Positions 36,501-51,500 are shown, counted from the stretch's first letter. The stretch: 64,000 bases of DNA from Phoronis australis (GCA_002633005.1 NMRA01000480.1:126941-190940); one strand, 5' to 3'. Numbers and translations: made by a program. The notes: generated by a model from the sequence alone, not told the origin.

Positions 36501-39500
36501 TTGTCAGCATACAGCATGGAGCTTATTATATTATTTCCTAATCATTTCCAATTCAGTTCATCAACAAAGTCATCCATAAAAAGACTAAAAAGAGTCAGAG
36601 ATTGCGTATCACCCTTCTGTACACCAAAACTTATAGGGAACCAATCAGTGGAACAATTTCTAGAAATCAGAACATGAGCTACAGGATCGGAATAAATAGC
36701 TTTTATAGCCTAATACTTATGACCATCAATAGTATTCAGCAGTAGTGTATGAAATAATAAATCCATATCTACATGGTCAAATGCCTTCTTCATATCAACA
36801 AATGTTAGAAATGTGGGAAGGTTATCCTGTTTTGGATTACAGACACCAATGAAAAACATGGTCGATCCATGATCTACCTTTTCGAAAACCATTATACTCC
36901 TCAACAAGCAGGCTATACTTCTCAACATTAGACGATATCCTGGCATTCAGAATACCACTATAAATTTGATAAATGAAGGAAAGCAGGCTGCCAGTGAGTC
37001 TCCTACAATTTATTGGAACACGAGGGTCCTTGTCTGAACCTTTCGGAATAAGAAAAATATTGGCTTTCAACTGAGGGGACATACTGCGAAACAAAAATAG
37101 CTTGAAATAGTTTATGTGAAGCAGCCACCATTCCTTGGCTTGTAAACTATCAATAAAAGCACCACGGTTTTAAATCGACATGTTTCGGTGTCATTTATTC
37201 AAACATAATCATCAGAAGAGAGAATATACTAGTAAATTCTCCTTATAAAATTCATCATCAAAGGAAAATTCCGGAACTAAATCTGAGTAAGGGGATTGAT
37301 ACTCAGTCTTCCATTTAATACGTACGAAATTCAAATTCGTGCGAACTGAATTAGCTTCACCATAAAGCTCGATAGGCACAATTTTATTAATTCTTGGACT
37401 AAGTCTCTTGATATGATCCCAGAATACCTGCGCATTTTCATTATTGAGATTTTCGACCTTTGCCATTAAGCTTTTGTTTTAAGCTCTCTCAGTGTTTGTC
37501 AAAAGTTTGTCAAATTGTTTTGTGCATTTTTAAACACTTTTTAAATACCTTCCTTGCTGCACTATTCCCTTTACATGTCAAAAAGTCTTTTTCCTTCCGG
37601 CACATTAATGTCTATGATAATTGAGCATTCCAGCATGGACTATAGTTGTCTATAATCTATGATTCCAGTAAGGCTTGTAGTACTTGAATTTTTTGCATGA
37701 ATGTTGACCTTATACGGGAGATGAGCGTCCATTTATGCCCATCCCGTGGATCTCGCAACCTTGCGAAATCCGTATGCCATCATTTGGCATTGGGTGCTTA
37801 GGATCATTGTGAAGACTTGAGTATGTTCACAAAGGCTCTATTATGTTGTATTGTTGATTTGCTGTCATTTTCCTCTCAGTTTGTCGGCGTTGAGGGCTTC
37901 GTCACCGCTGTCACAGACATGTTTCCTCGCCTCTTCTCTCGCAAGTGGGCCCGTGAAGTGTTCACTGGCATTGTTTGCTTCATTTCCTTCCTCGTTGGTC
38001 TCACCATGGTAACGGAGGTAAGTTGCTTAGGAGCAGACGTACTGTAATGCTAAGATTATGGGTGAGATCTCTTGTTGTGAAAAATTGGCAAAATTTCAAA
38101 GCAAAGCCAATTTTCTGATTGGCAGAGGATAAGTGGTGTACTCAGAGTGGCCAATTAAGTGGTGTACTCAGAGTGGCCAAATAAGTGGTGTACTCAGAGT
38201 GGCCAAGTAAGTGGTGTACTCAGAGTGGCCAAGTAAGTGGTGTACTCAGAGTGGCCAAATAAGTGGTGTACTCAGAGTGGCCAAATAAGTGGTGTACTCA
38301 GAGTGGCCAAGTAAGTGGTGTACTCAGAGTGGCCAAGTAAGTGGTGTACTCAGAGTGGCCAAATAAGTGGTGTACTCAGAGTGGCCAAGTAAGTGGTGTA
38401 CTCAGAGTGGCCAAGTAAGTGGTGTACTCAGAGTGGCCAAATAAGTGGTGTACTCAGAGTGGCCAAGTAAGTGGTGTACTCAGAGTGGCCAAATAAGTGG
38501 TGTACTCAGAGTGGCCAAATAAGTGGTGTACTCAGAGTGGCCAAATAAGTGGTGTACTCAGAGTGGCCAAATAAGTGGTGTACTCAGAGTGGCCAAATAA
38601 GTGGTGTACTGAGAGTGGTCAAATAAGTGGTGTACTTAGAGTGGCCAGATAAGTAGTGTACTGAGAGTGGCCTTTTCTTGTCTCTTGCTGCTTTCAATGA
38701 AGTACTTTGCGTTGTCCTTTGCAAGAGCTTGTTTCCATGTAAAAAGTCAGCAGGTTACAACTTATTTAGAACAAACTGAACAAACAACTTAATTTACAGT
38801 TGTCAAGTGTGCGAAATAACTGAGTAGCCAAGCATCACCAACTGGTAGTGTATGAATTTAACAAATTGAAGCCTACTTATTACCAATGTGATCTAATTAA
38901 AGGTAGTTAAGTTATTTTAAGCTGTTCCAATATAAGAGAACTTTATTCTATCATTGGTGAAACAGGATGCTGGGCCATTTCATCTGGTATAAATTGGAAT
39001 AAGGGGTGAATACACAATATTCAGACCTTGTTAACTTAGTAATCAAAAGGTATTTGTTACTATACATTATAGATCAGGTTTGCGTTGACAGTTTCCGAAG
39101 TGCAAAACTAACTGTGTGCGACATTGGGTGAGGCAAGAAATTCCCCACAAGTAACCTGATGTGTATTAAGTGAGGGACAAACCGTCATTTTTCAAATTAA
39201 TTTTTTGGTTTGCAAAATTAAGTAAAGGTACAAAATAAGTGGATAATTATTGTACCAGAGCTCCAAGCACATGGGCAGTATTGTTAACCTCCTAGCACAT
39301 GGGCAGTATTGTTAACCACCAAGCACATAGGCAGTATTGTTAACCTCCTAGCACATGGGCAGTATTGTTAACCACCAAGCACATAAGCAGTATTGTTAAC
39401 CTCCTAGCACATGGGCAGTATTGTTAACCACCAAGCACACGGGCAATATTGTTAACCACCTAGCACAATTAGGCAGTGTTCATTAACCTCCTAGCACATA

Positions 39501-42500
39501 GTATTATTAAGCACCTAGCACATAGGCAGTGTTTTTAATCACCTAGCACGTATTCAATTTGTTAACTTCTCAAGCAGTTGAGAGTGTGGAAACTTAATGT
39601 GAACACATCTCACTTAGACAAACATTAAAGGAGAATGCCACCCAAATCTATTTTGTATCAATTTAGATGGAGTAGTTCTACTCGATAACGGCACGTTCGG
39701 TTGCGTTACCTGACGGCAGACGGGGGTGTTGAAATTATCCAAAGACGTCATTGGTTTCACACGCAGTCTGTTCATCAGTTCACAACACGGGTTACTGGTG
39801 TCAGGTTATCGCTTGAATTCATCGTTTAACACCAATAAATCATCAAACTTCGATGTAAAACCCTTAAAAATATATTGAGTTCTTATAAAAATGTTGTTTT
39901 ATTTCGCTGTTACGAATTTATTGGCATTTGGACACACCGTAGCCTACAAAGTTCGACAGGCCAATTTACCAAGGGTCTGTTCGGAGATAAATTCGAAGTA
40001 TACTTCCGTGAAATACAGGCAGGAGAACTTAGATCTGTGTTGTTTATACTTGTGATTTTTTGAATTCTTAACACACAAACGGCTTGTTATCCCGGCCAGT
40101 GGCTCGGAACCCAATCAGGCCTGTCGCAGCCGCCGGGACTGGCACGAACATAAACCAGCTTCAGTTGGAAACTAAACCTCCAGTCACGAAAAGACTATAA
40201 TAGTGAGCCAAAGAAATAATGTGCACATAGGAATTATTTATGTGAATTAGCCACGAAACTGAAAATCTACTTACTTGTTGGGGGCCGCGAAGTCTGGTTC
40301 CCCTTCCACAGACCGTCAGGGCAAAGGTTGTACAGTAACAATGATTTGAATAATGTATTTGAATTTCTAAATAAAGATTCCCCTAACATGTGACCATAGC
40401 ATGTAATATCGAGTAGTTGTTTCACAACAGCTTTCTGTGAGCAAACACTGAATTAGCATGCACTCACACGGCCTTGATGCCCAGTCAATTACCTTTGTTG
40501 CTGGCATCAAAAGCCGGTAACGCAGTGGTTTATTCATTGCTGGCTTCTCAATATTTGCACTCTCGAATGCTGCAAAGGTATTACAAATTGTATCTAATGA
40601 GACAGACTTTGTTTCAGTTTCATATATGCATTGGTTAGGGTGAGAGTAATTCATTTTGAAACAGAATGCAGAATAATAACCGGCTACATGGCAACTCGCC
40701 AGGCACCAATCCCAACTTAGTCAAGAGCTTATCCGACGAAGACTTTACGGGTCGGATCGTTAGGTTTCACAGGCTATCAGTTTGATTCGGAATACACTTA
40801 TCAAAAAATACTAGAGAGGCGTCGTGAACATGCACAGGCAACGGAACGTATGGATAGTTCTTTGGTTACCCAGAATTCGTCAGAGAAATCACTGTTGGCG
40901 AAATGCTGGCCACAGACACGGTGATGTTTCACGGCCTCATACTTATCAGTGTATCTTTCATTCTTTACTACTGCGAACCACTTCCTAAGCATTTCGGGCT
41001 CTCGAGGAAGTCAAAAAACAATATACCCGCTTTCTTCGCAGCTGCATAGTTCGGACAAGCGTGAACAATGCACCACAATAGCAGCATTCACTCTGCAGAT
41101 GAACCACTGACGTTTTTCACCTTCCTCTCTGGTTAACGCGACACCTCTCGGCAAGGTGAGATTGACCGTACAAGAGGCGATGTGGATATAGACCGATTAA
41201 GACGGTAAAAAGGCTAATTAAATCGGGTGGCATTCCCCTTTAACTATATTGCGCACAGACGTTCAATCGTATATTTCCCGGAACTTCGGAATACAAACTG
41301 TAACATGCACATGTCTTTTGGCATGTGCTTACCAATCAGCAGGTTAATATCCCTTAAATTGCCCTAGTGAAAGATGCAAGTTATTGATTGCTCCACCTCA
41401 CTATTAGCTTGGGCCCTGTATGTGTAAACTATTAGCTTCAATGGGCTAATAGCCTTGATTGCCTAATTGTGCCATAGGTTTTCCTTGATTGTGTAATCTG
41501 CACATGGGCAAATCCATATAATATTTTCTTTAGGGAGTTGTGGATTAGTCTTAAGAGAGCAATTGGATTACCAGATTGTCAACCTTTTCAAACTCTGTCC
41601 CTGGGTAGATCTGACGAGCACGATTGGGTTTTGCTCACATCTTCCTCAGTGTTTTGATATGAATTTACCTTTTTCTAAATTTTACTAAAACGACGGCCAC
41701 ATAACCTAAATATTATTATAAAGTCAAACATCTAATTATACAGACTTTCTATGTTCACAAAATATATTCTTTTATTAAGTTAAATTCTATACTTCTTGTA
41801 AATATTAGACTTTGTTAAAATGCAATTTTTGTAACCAATTTCAGTTCAAACTAAGGAAACGTATGCTGTGATGCTGCTTAGAAATAGTGAATTTGTCAGC
41901 TTAGGAAGTTGATCTTGTTACTTTGGGTTCCATGCTTTTAAATCTATATCTTAGTTATACTTTTTGTGTACTCCAGACAAGTGTGTATTCTGTGCTCCAA
42001 AACCATGACATCTTCGGCATAGACCATGACATCGTTGGCATGAACCATGACATCGTTGGCATAGGCCATGGCATGCGCCATGGCATCACCGGCATGCGCC
42101 ATGGCATCGTCGGCGTAAGCCATGACATACTGGAGCACAAAATAACAGTCACTTATTTTCACTTTGTTAGAAAATGTCAAAAGTAATGTTGAGTATAAGG
42201 ATTAGATGGCGGGCCTAAAATGTGGTTCACAGGCATGGCTTGATGAACAGTTTCTGCAATAATACCTGTAGTTCACAGTCGTGGCTTGATGAACAGTTTC
42301 TGCAATACTTGTGCTTCACAGTCATGGCTTGAACAGTTTCTTCAATACTTGTGGTTCACAGTCATGGCTTCATGAACAGTTTCTTCCACCACAGAGCAAG
42401 ATCATTTTCTGCAATATCACGAACGTAAAATCACGCGTCAAGAAATTGTGGAAAACGCGTCAATTCGGAACGTGAAACACGATGTGCTGCAATTGAAAGT

Positions 42501-45500
42501 ACTGGAGTCCCTTTTAATTGCATTTGAGAAGCCTGTTTTGAATGAGCAGCAAACAGGGTCGCGCCGCACGTTACACTTGTTGGCGTGACTTTCCTGTTAC
42601 CCGCCTTCATTAGTCATTCTTTGCAGTATTTCACACCCGCCGTGTCTCACTGTGTGTGTCATCAGCTTATACTCTGTGGTGGCATTACTGCGTCATTTTA
42701 TCTTCACTTGAGAATGAAACAAGTATGTTTCGAAATACCATGTGTCTTTTAATTATGTCGCTAGGTCAGTTACTGTATCTATGTTCAGTTTAGAGAAGAG
42801 TTTTGTTCCGAAAGTATGTACGCAACGGAATAAAGACTGTGAACAATGAAAAGTGTCGTGCATTTAACAAATTCTGTATAACCGAAAACTTGCTCCCGAA
42901 GTACAGTCAAAAATAAAGATTATGAACCTTTCCGTGTGTCACAAAGTTATTGTTTCACCCATAGATATCACAAAGTGACAATTAATTGTCCTTTATTTGC
43001 AGGTATGAGCCTTCAAAAAACTGGAAGTTTTGGCAATTATGTTTTGTGTGAAATAGTTGGAGCATTATTAGTTTTGATACATTTGTGCAGTAATTTTTTA
43101 AGATACCCCGGTAGATTGTTTCTGCAAATTTTTGCACACTATCTTTTGTCTATTTTTGCAGGGAGGCATGTATGTCTTCCAGCTGTTTGACTTCTACTCT
43201 GGCAGTCGTATTATCCTTGTCGTTGCCATGTTTGAGTGTATTGTCATCGCCTGGATCTACGGTAAGTAGTGTTAAGTGGTATGTCAAAATTCCTGTTGAA
43301 ACAGAACATTTGAAATTATTTTTGTGTGTGTAAAACTTGTCTTCAATCATCTAGGATTTCAAAATATAGTGTTTGTGACTTTAAAACAAGTATTTTGAGA
43401 AGTGTTTTCATAAAAATATATATCTAAGGCGAGCAGTTGCATTAAGTGTCCGATGGTTGGTGAACTCTGTCTGTCCTCATTGTCTATCATATTCCCATCC
43501 CTAGTAAGTACCAGCCACACCTCTAGTCATTGCCTCCAAATTGTGTGTCACTGGAGTTTAACCATTGGAGTGTTACGTAGTCACGCTTTCCGATTAAGCT
43601 GATTTGATTACAAGTTTCCAAACTCGCCGCAATCTTCTGAAGTTTCATGGCAATTGAAGAGCATCATCTGTGACTTTTCAGGTATACGGCGATTTGACGA
43701 TAACTTGGCTATGATGTATGGCTTCAGGATCCGTGTACCTGTCTTCAAGGTTTTATGGATGTTCATCACACCCCTATTCACTATAGTATGTATTATCTTC
43801 AGTCGTTAAAACAGTTGCTTTTTGTTGCACTTCTCTGCCATCTGCTGGCAGTGATGATAGCTTAAACATTGAAATACAAGCTCTAAGGTGGATTCCTTTG
43901 TGAACACAAGAGGGAGCTGTTGCTGCAGTATCCTGTGCTATGTGGTTTGAATTAAAAGATCACTGGCACAAGTCGATTTTGGGAGAATGTGATGGCAATT
44001 TATGGTCTAATTCTGGAGTTGTGATCAGCATAGCGAGTTCAAATGTGATTGGTAAAACAATGATCTATGAGTTGTTAATCCTTCCAAATTACATAAACTT
44101 AAACTATTACTGTTAAAATAGTAAATGTATTGTCTGATTTTTGCTCCTAGTTTTTGTGAAATGCACAAAATGGATATAATTTACCTGCAGAAAATTCCTG
44201 ACAATTTGGTAATTTGTGTCCTACAGAGAAGGTTTGTGGGTTTTAGTTTAAAGCACTCTAAAATTTCTTCAGATTTGAACGCAATATGGCGAGCAAGTGG
44301 AATTTGTTTATAGTTAAATATTTATTTATTTCTCAACTTTAATAAGATTAAAGAACATTTTTATAAATATGTAGGCGGATTATGCCCTCATCCCTGTTCA
44401 TCTGTCCTCCGCCCAGGTCTTTATCCAGGATTTCCTACTTGAGTGTCCAAAATGGATTTCCCAACTTTTCAAGCTGTTTGTGACCCTTGGTGCATGACAC
44501 CATTTTTCGCGACCCCTGGTCAACTTGCCTTACTGCAGATTAGTGGGGTGGATGTACAGAAATAAAGTACTCCCTGTTCTAAATCTTATTCAATATGTAC
44601 AGAGACTTTGACATATTTACAGTATTTAAAGAGACAGTTCTTGCATCAAAGTGAACAAATATTTTCAGAAGTCTAGCTACTCTAAACCGGTCACACTGAT
44701 CTTAAGATTTGTTTTTTGCCTGAAAGTTTTATTTTTCGGTTCCACAACTGTCACATTGATCAAGTAATTATTATTAGGATTGTCACATTAATACTTTCAA
44801 GTGGTATTGATTATGGAATGCATTTTAACTTTATTGGTCATGATAATTAAAAAATTGAGTTCTCCAAAAAACTATTCTGTTTGCAGAACCGTTCCACATG
44901 TGGAACCATTCTGCAACCGTCACATTGATTAATTATTGAGAGTGGGCACATTATACTCTCAAGTACTATTGAGAATGGAATGTAATTCATGTTTTTTGGG
45001 CCAGGAGAAAATTATAAATTTTAGTCCTGTGCTAAACTTTTCTGTTTGTGGAACCCTTCTGGAACTTTCACATTGATTTTTAAAATTAAATTATTTTGAT
45101 TATTAATCCACAAAATATGCATAACATTTCGCAAGTCACAGTATTCCACAAAACTTGCGCAGTATTCTGCAAGTGCGTAATATCCCACAAAATCTGCGTA
45201 ATATTCCGCAAAATCTGCATAATATTCCGCAAAATCTGCGGAATATTCCGCACTGACAGCGGCAAAAATTGAACTTCTAATTAAGAAAATGCTAATTGAG
45301 GAAATAAAAATGTAACATTGTAAACATGTTTAGGGTAAGGTATAGATTTGTTTCATACCATTTTTTATGGCCCTAAGTGGATATTAAAAAAGTGCGCAAC
45401 CCTTCCGCACACTTTGAGACTAAATAAGAAATGAGAAAAAATCGCCTTCTATATATGTTTGTGCTGTACAGCCTCAGTGACGTCACGAAAAACAGCGCTT

Positions 45501-48500
45501 GCAGTGGAGCTTTACAGAACTAATAAATGTCTACTTTTCAAAGTAAAAAAGAAAAATACTGTGCACTATTTAGGAATATGTGGATGCCAGTAACCAACCT
45601 TTATACTTTCAAAATTCATATTAAAACGCCCCGCGACGTTGTGTGATAATTGAATCGAACCCAGAAAAGCTTTCCGGAGATTGATTGACGATCATATGGA
45701 ACTGAACTTTTTTGTTTCTTTGTTGTTTGTTTCCCCCCTTCCCCCGGTTGTGAATGGTAAGTGTGTGAATGAGACAGGTAATCGTTATTATTTGGGAGTG
45801 ATATCACTTGATGCATATTTTGTATTAGTTCTCTTGAGGGTAGGCATTGAGGTTCTCTATTGTTTTGAAGATGAATAATTTAAAACTGGTATCCTTAAAT
45901 GTCCGGGGATTAAATTCAGATATTAAGTGGAAACATTTATTGAATTTCATATCACATAGCAAATTCAACATTGTTTATTTACAGGAAACGTATTTTAGTC
46001 CAGAAGTTGAACATATTCTGCAAAAAGAGTGGAATGGTCTTAATTTTTCAAGCTTTGTAACAAAACATAGTAGAGGAACCACAATATTATTTGATTCTAA
46101 TATTTCACAAAACATTAGGAATATTGTGGTAAAAACGATGAAAATGGTCGCTTCAATATTGTTTCATGTAAACTTTATGAGGAAGATTTCGTTTTTGTTA
46201 ATGTATATTTCCCAAATGATTTAAGAAATCAACTGATCTTCCTGTCTAGACTTGAAAGTGAATTGAGTGACCTCCAATTATGTAATGTCTTCTGTGCTGG
46301 AGATTTTAACTGCCCACTCACTGACTTGGACAAACTTGGGATAACTGACGTCCTCCGTAAGAAAAAGCTTATTGACAATATTCATAATTTCTGTGGAAAT
46401 TTTAGTTTAATAGATGTATGGAGGATGAGAAATCCTGGGATAAGGAAGTACTCGTGGAGAGATAAACAATTAAAAGCTCAAAGTAGACTAGACTATTGGC
46501 TAGTTGACATTGTTATGTCTTCAAGATGTCAGTCTAATATAATTAATGATTTTATATATTCCGATCAGGTCAGTGTTAATATTGGTAATTCTCATCGAGG
46601 ACCGGGTTTGTGGAAATTAAATAATAACTTACTTCTTATAAAGGAGTACGTGGATGAGATCGGAACAATTATTTCTGATCATCACATAACGGAGAACCAA
46701 GAAGATAAAAACTTGTCTTGGGATATTTTAAAAATGAAAATTAGACAGAAGTCCATACAAATTTCAAAACGCGTACGTGCTAGAAATAGACAACAGGAAC
46801 AGTTATTAATAGATCAAATAAATAAATTAACTACACAAGTCGAAAAAGAATCAAGAAATCACCCGTTGCAGTGTGAATTAAAGAAATGCAAATTAAACCT
46901 AGAAATTTTACAAACTCAAGTAATAAAAGGTAGTATTGTTAGAAGTAAAGCTCAGTGGGTGGAAGAAGGTGAAACAAACTCTAAATATTATTTAAATCTT
47001 GAAAAACGTAACCATGGTAAAAAAACATATTATAGAACTGGAGTCAAATGGCAGGGTTACCCAAGATCCAAAAGAGATACAAAACATTCAACGAGCTTTT
47101 TATGAGGCTCTTTATTCTGAAAAAGACTATGAGGATATTAATTTCCCTGACATATTCACTCTTCCTAGTAATAAAGTACTGACAGATGACCAGTCCTTAT
47201 TATTAGAACAAGAGATCACGGAAGATGAACTCTATGAGGCCTTAAAACAATCCCAAAATAATAAAACACCAGGCAATAACGGTTTAGGATATGAATTTTA
47301 TAAAACATTTTGGGATACTGTTAAACCGTACCTTTTGGATTGTATAAATTATAGTTTTAGAACAGGAAAATTTTCAACCTCCCAAAGGCAAAGTGTCATT
47401 ACACGTATCCCCAAAAGTACAAATACAGAGGAATTAAAAAATCTGGAAAATTGGCGACCAATTTCGTTATTAAATTGCGATTACAAATTATTTACAAAGG
47501 TTATTGCCAATCGACTAAATAAGTACATTCATAAGCTTATTCATCCAGACCAAACGGCTGTTTCAAAACGATTTATTGGTCAAAATATTAGATTAATACA
47601 GGACATAATATCGTATTATACAAATAAAAATCTCAATGGACAAATTATATTCTTAGATTTTAAGAAAGCGTATGACAGTTTAAATTGGTCCTTTCTTCAG
47701 AAAACCCTTCGGGCCTTTCAATTTGGTCCCAAATTTATTCACCGTATAAAAACAATATATAACGATATTGTGTCTTGTGTTCAAAACAACGGATTTACAT
47801 GTGGTTATTTTAATGTTAAGAGAGGTCTTCGTCAAGGGGATCCCTTAAGTAGTCAATTGTTTATACTGTGTGTGGAGCTCATGAGCCATTACATTAGAAA
47901 TAACCCCTTAATCAAAGGATTGTGTATTGATGGGCATGAAGTAAAAATAGCCCAGTATGCTGATGATACAATTTTATTTATTCAGGATGAAGTTTCAGGA
48001 ACAGAATGCTTTAAATTTCTTACAAGATTTGGTGACGTGTCTGGTCTTAAACTAAATAAGCGAAAATGCGAAGGAATGTTTTTAGGCCACCAGTCTGAAC
48101 TTAAGAAAATGTATGATATAAATTGGCCAAAAAGAAATATTAAATGTCTGGGCGTTTACTTCGGTAAATATGAAAAAGAAAAAAATGAGCAAAATTTTGA
48201 AGAAAAAATTTCGAAACTTAGGAAAGTTCTAAATATTTGGAAAACAAGAAAATTAACAATTAAGGGAAGAATTGTCATAACTAAAGCTTTTGCGCTACCC
48301 AAATTGATTCACGTTATATCTGTCCTTGGATTGACAAGGGATTTGTGCAAACGAATAGATAAAATTTTAAATGATTTTATTTGGGCAGGGAAACCACCTA
48401 AAATAAAGAAAAGCGTTGCAATGGCTTCTCATGAAGATGGTGGTTTAAAATTTCCTGACATGACCCTTATAAAGGAAGGCCTTTTAGTCAACTGGGTTAA

Positions 48501-51500
48501 AAGACTTCAGTCTCCTGAACGTGGAAGTTGGAAGTTTTATCCACAATATATCCTCAAGAATTATGGTGGTGAACTGTTGTGGTCATGTAATTTTAAAGTA
48601 AGCAAACTATGTAGAACAGTAAATGATGTTTTTTATAGAGAGGTTTTGTCGGTGAGTGAACAGTTGAATCATAATGCTTTCAAAGATGTACCTGTTTGTG
48701 ATCAGATTATATGGCATAACAGAGAGATAACACTTAATAATAAGTCACTATATTATAAAGAGTTTGCTAAGAATGGGCTATGTTTCATCAATGACTTTCT
48801 TGATGCTGAAAATAAGCTTTTATCGTGGGAGGTGCTCAAGGCAAAATATAAATTGGTAAATTCTCAAATTCTTAGTTTTAATTCAATATGTAATGTTTTA
48901 TCTAGAAAAATTGATCAAGGTCATAAGCGATTGGTTGGCTGCAACAATAAAATTTGCTTAGATTATAATAAAATTCCAAAAGAAAAATTCAACAGTATTT
49001 TGATACAAAAGTATTGCAAAAAACCAGACAATTATGAAAAATTGTTGCAGCGTTACTCCAAACAAGATATCCGAAAAATTTATTTCTTGCCTTTTACACT
49101 TCCCCTGAACCATGCATTAAATCCTTTAAGTATATGTTGTTACATAGCAGAGTGTATACTAACTCATTGTTAATATAAGATGAAGATTGTTAATTCAGAT
49201 AAATGTCCCTATTGTAATCTAGTACAGAGTACTGAACACATGTTTTTCCTTTGTGATGTAGTGCAAAGATTGTTGATTAATGTTCAGGATATTTTAACAT
49301 CTTCCCTTAAGGAAGAAGTCAGAATAACCAAAAATGAAATCATGTTTTGCCATTTAGGTTCTGAATTCTCCCTGTTGATTAATTATGTTATCACTATCGC
49401 CCAATATTTTATTTATTTACGTAGCCAACAGCATTTGCATCCAGATTGGTCTGTCCTTAAAATATTCATGTCAAAACATATTAAAATTTCAATATTTAAT
49501 TTTCAAAAACAAAAAGAACCGGACAATATTAATATTAAAATGTGGGAGAGCCTCAGTGCTGCCATGCAATGAATCTGTAATATCTGTAATATACTTAATT
49601 CATATATTGTTTAGTAGTATTATCATTAAATGATGAAGTGTGTGAATGAGTGTGCGAGTGTGTGAGTGAAAGTCCTTGTCCCTTTTCCTTGTTCACCCTT
49701 TCACCCTTTAAAAATTATCAATGAAGAATAAAATTATGAAAAAAAATGCTGAAACATGTAGTTCAGGACTCTTTTAAGTCAGACCAGTGTCGTGGGACCC
49801 ACGGAATATTGAAAATGTGCTATGAAAATATAATTCTGGGCACCCAAAAGACTCCTGCGCAACGGTGTTTTTGCTGACTAGTTAGACTGCACAGAACTAA
49901 CCACCGAGCCCGTATTTTTTCAATGGGTTATATGATCAGTTGTCCTCCGAACAAAAGGTGACAACAAAAGTGATTAGGCCTAAGGATAAGGACTTTCCTG
50001 CCAGACAGAAACTCCAGTAAGCAGGTAGTGGATTACACTTATAGGTGGCACTGGGCCTTTGTTTAAAGTCAATTGACTATGACTTGTTCTTCCATATGAA
50101 TTGAAATGATTATTTAGTGATTATTTACCATGGGAATTACACCATAAATAGACTTGTGGCCAGGCCTGCGACTTGAGTGATATCCATGATGGGCTTTCAA
50201 CAACTGACCACTAAGCTTTTATTCAGTTTCAATGGGCTGTGGGCAGTTGTAATTTGAGCCAATGGAGACCCTATTAACAATGAGGACGCCCTTTTCACAA
50301 ACTGGTCTCTAATTTTTTAAGCTGGTCGCGGGATTTTTAAACAGGACACGGGACATTTAAGCAGGATGCGCGTTCGGCCAAACAGGACGCTGTGACACGT
50401 TAAAAGCGGTCGTGGAGAACACTGTTTGTAAAGCACAGCTGTCACCAGATAATATTTGTACAGCACAGCTGTCAGCAAATAACATTTGTACAGCAAAGCT
50501 GTCAGCAGATAACATTTGTACAGCACAGCTGTCAGCAGATAATATTTGTTAAAATTTCAAGCCCTTGTAGCATATTAGTGAAATCTTGTTTGAACTCTAG
50601 AAAAAGGAAAAATTAACAATTATTTTTTCTCTGAAATAGAAGTTTTATTGTTATTGAAAAATATGGGTGATTCATAGTAGTTGACTGTTCAAAACAAAAA
50701 GTTTAGTTCGCAATGTTAAAGGTGCAATTTTTTTTCGTTTGCAACCTTTTTATGTTGATTGCCAAAAATACAATAAGACTTAAAGGCCTACTATGATGCC
50801 ATTTTCATATCTAAAATACATGACTGTATTGATGAAACACATACTCCTGTTTTTAATTAAGTTGGCCTTTCACAATACCGCAGCCCCATCGTGAACCCCG
50901 TTTAGCGCCAAAAATACTTGAGATGGCGCTCTCACCAATCGAAGTTTATGACATCATCGACATAACGTATTTGTTTTTCACGGTTGTTTCCATCTTATTG
51001 AAATCAGTGATGGCTGGCCATTTAATTTACTACAAAATACGTGGAAAATCGAGAAAAACATGTTTAATTGTTCATTATTCGAATTGATCAAAGCTATTAC
51101 CTTTAGAAGTTTGTATTCAGGTAATTAGCACACAGTCTAACACGCACCCGTAGCGGAATCCCCTGGGGTCGCTTAAACAGTCAAAAAATAAAACGCTTTG
51201 TTTAAATTGTTATCAGACAAGTTCACATTGTTTATAATAAAGTGTAGTTTGCTTTATACAAATAGTTTTTATTTTAGGAACTTTGCATTCATGTTTTTTG
51301 AAGCCGAAGGCGTGAACATTGCACAAATCCGATACGGGCCGCTGTCGAGTGTGTGTCCCATATTGGAATCGGTGACAATTGGCTGTTTAATTTGGCTCAA
51401 AAAATGTACAAAAGTTCGACATATATTAGCTTGATCTTTTTGTACGAAGCAATAATCAAATTCATTGAAAATTTTATATTGGAAACTTAATTTTCAAAAT

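Noticed and set aside
41923-42186. His/Met-rich metal-binding peptide ORFs
   Set aside because: Arise from a 21-bp repeat; no splice or homology support.
46999-49173. Intact 724-aa RT gene or domesticated RT
   Set aside because: It is the middle of a frameshifted Tx1 ORF2 with damaged motifs (SDQ for SDH, QTAVSKR for QTGF..GR).
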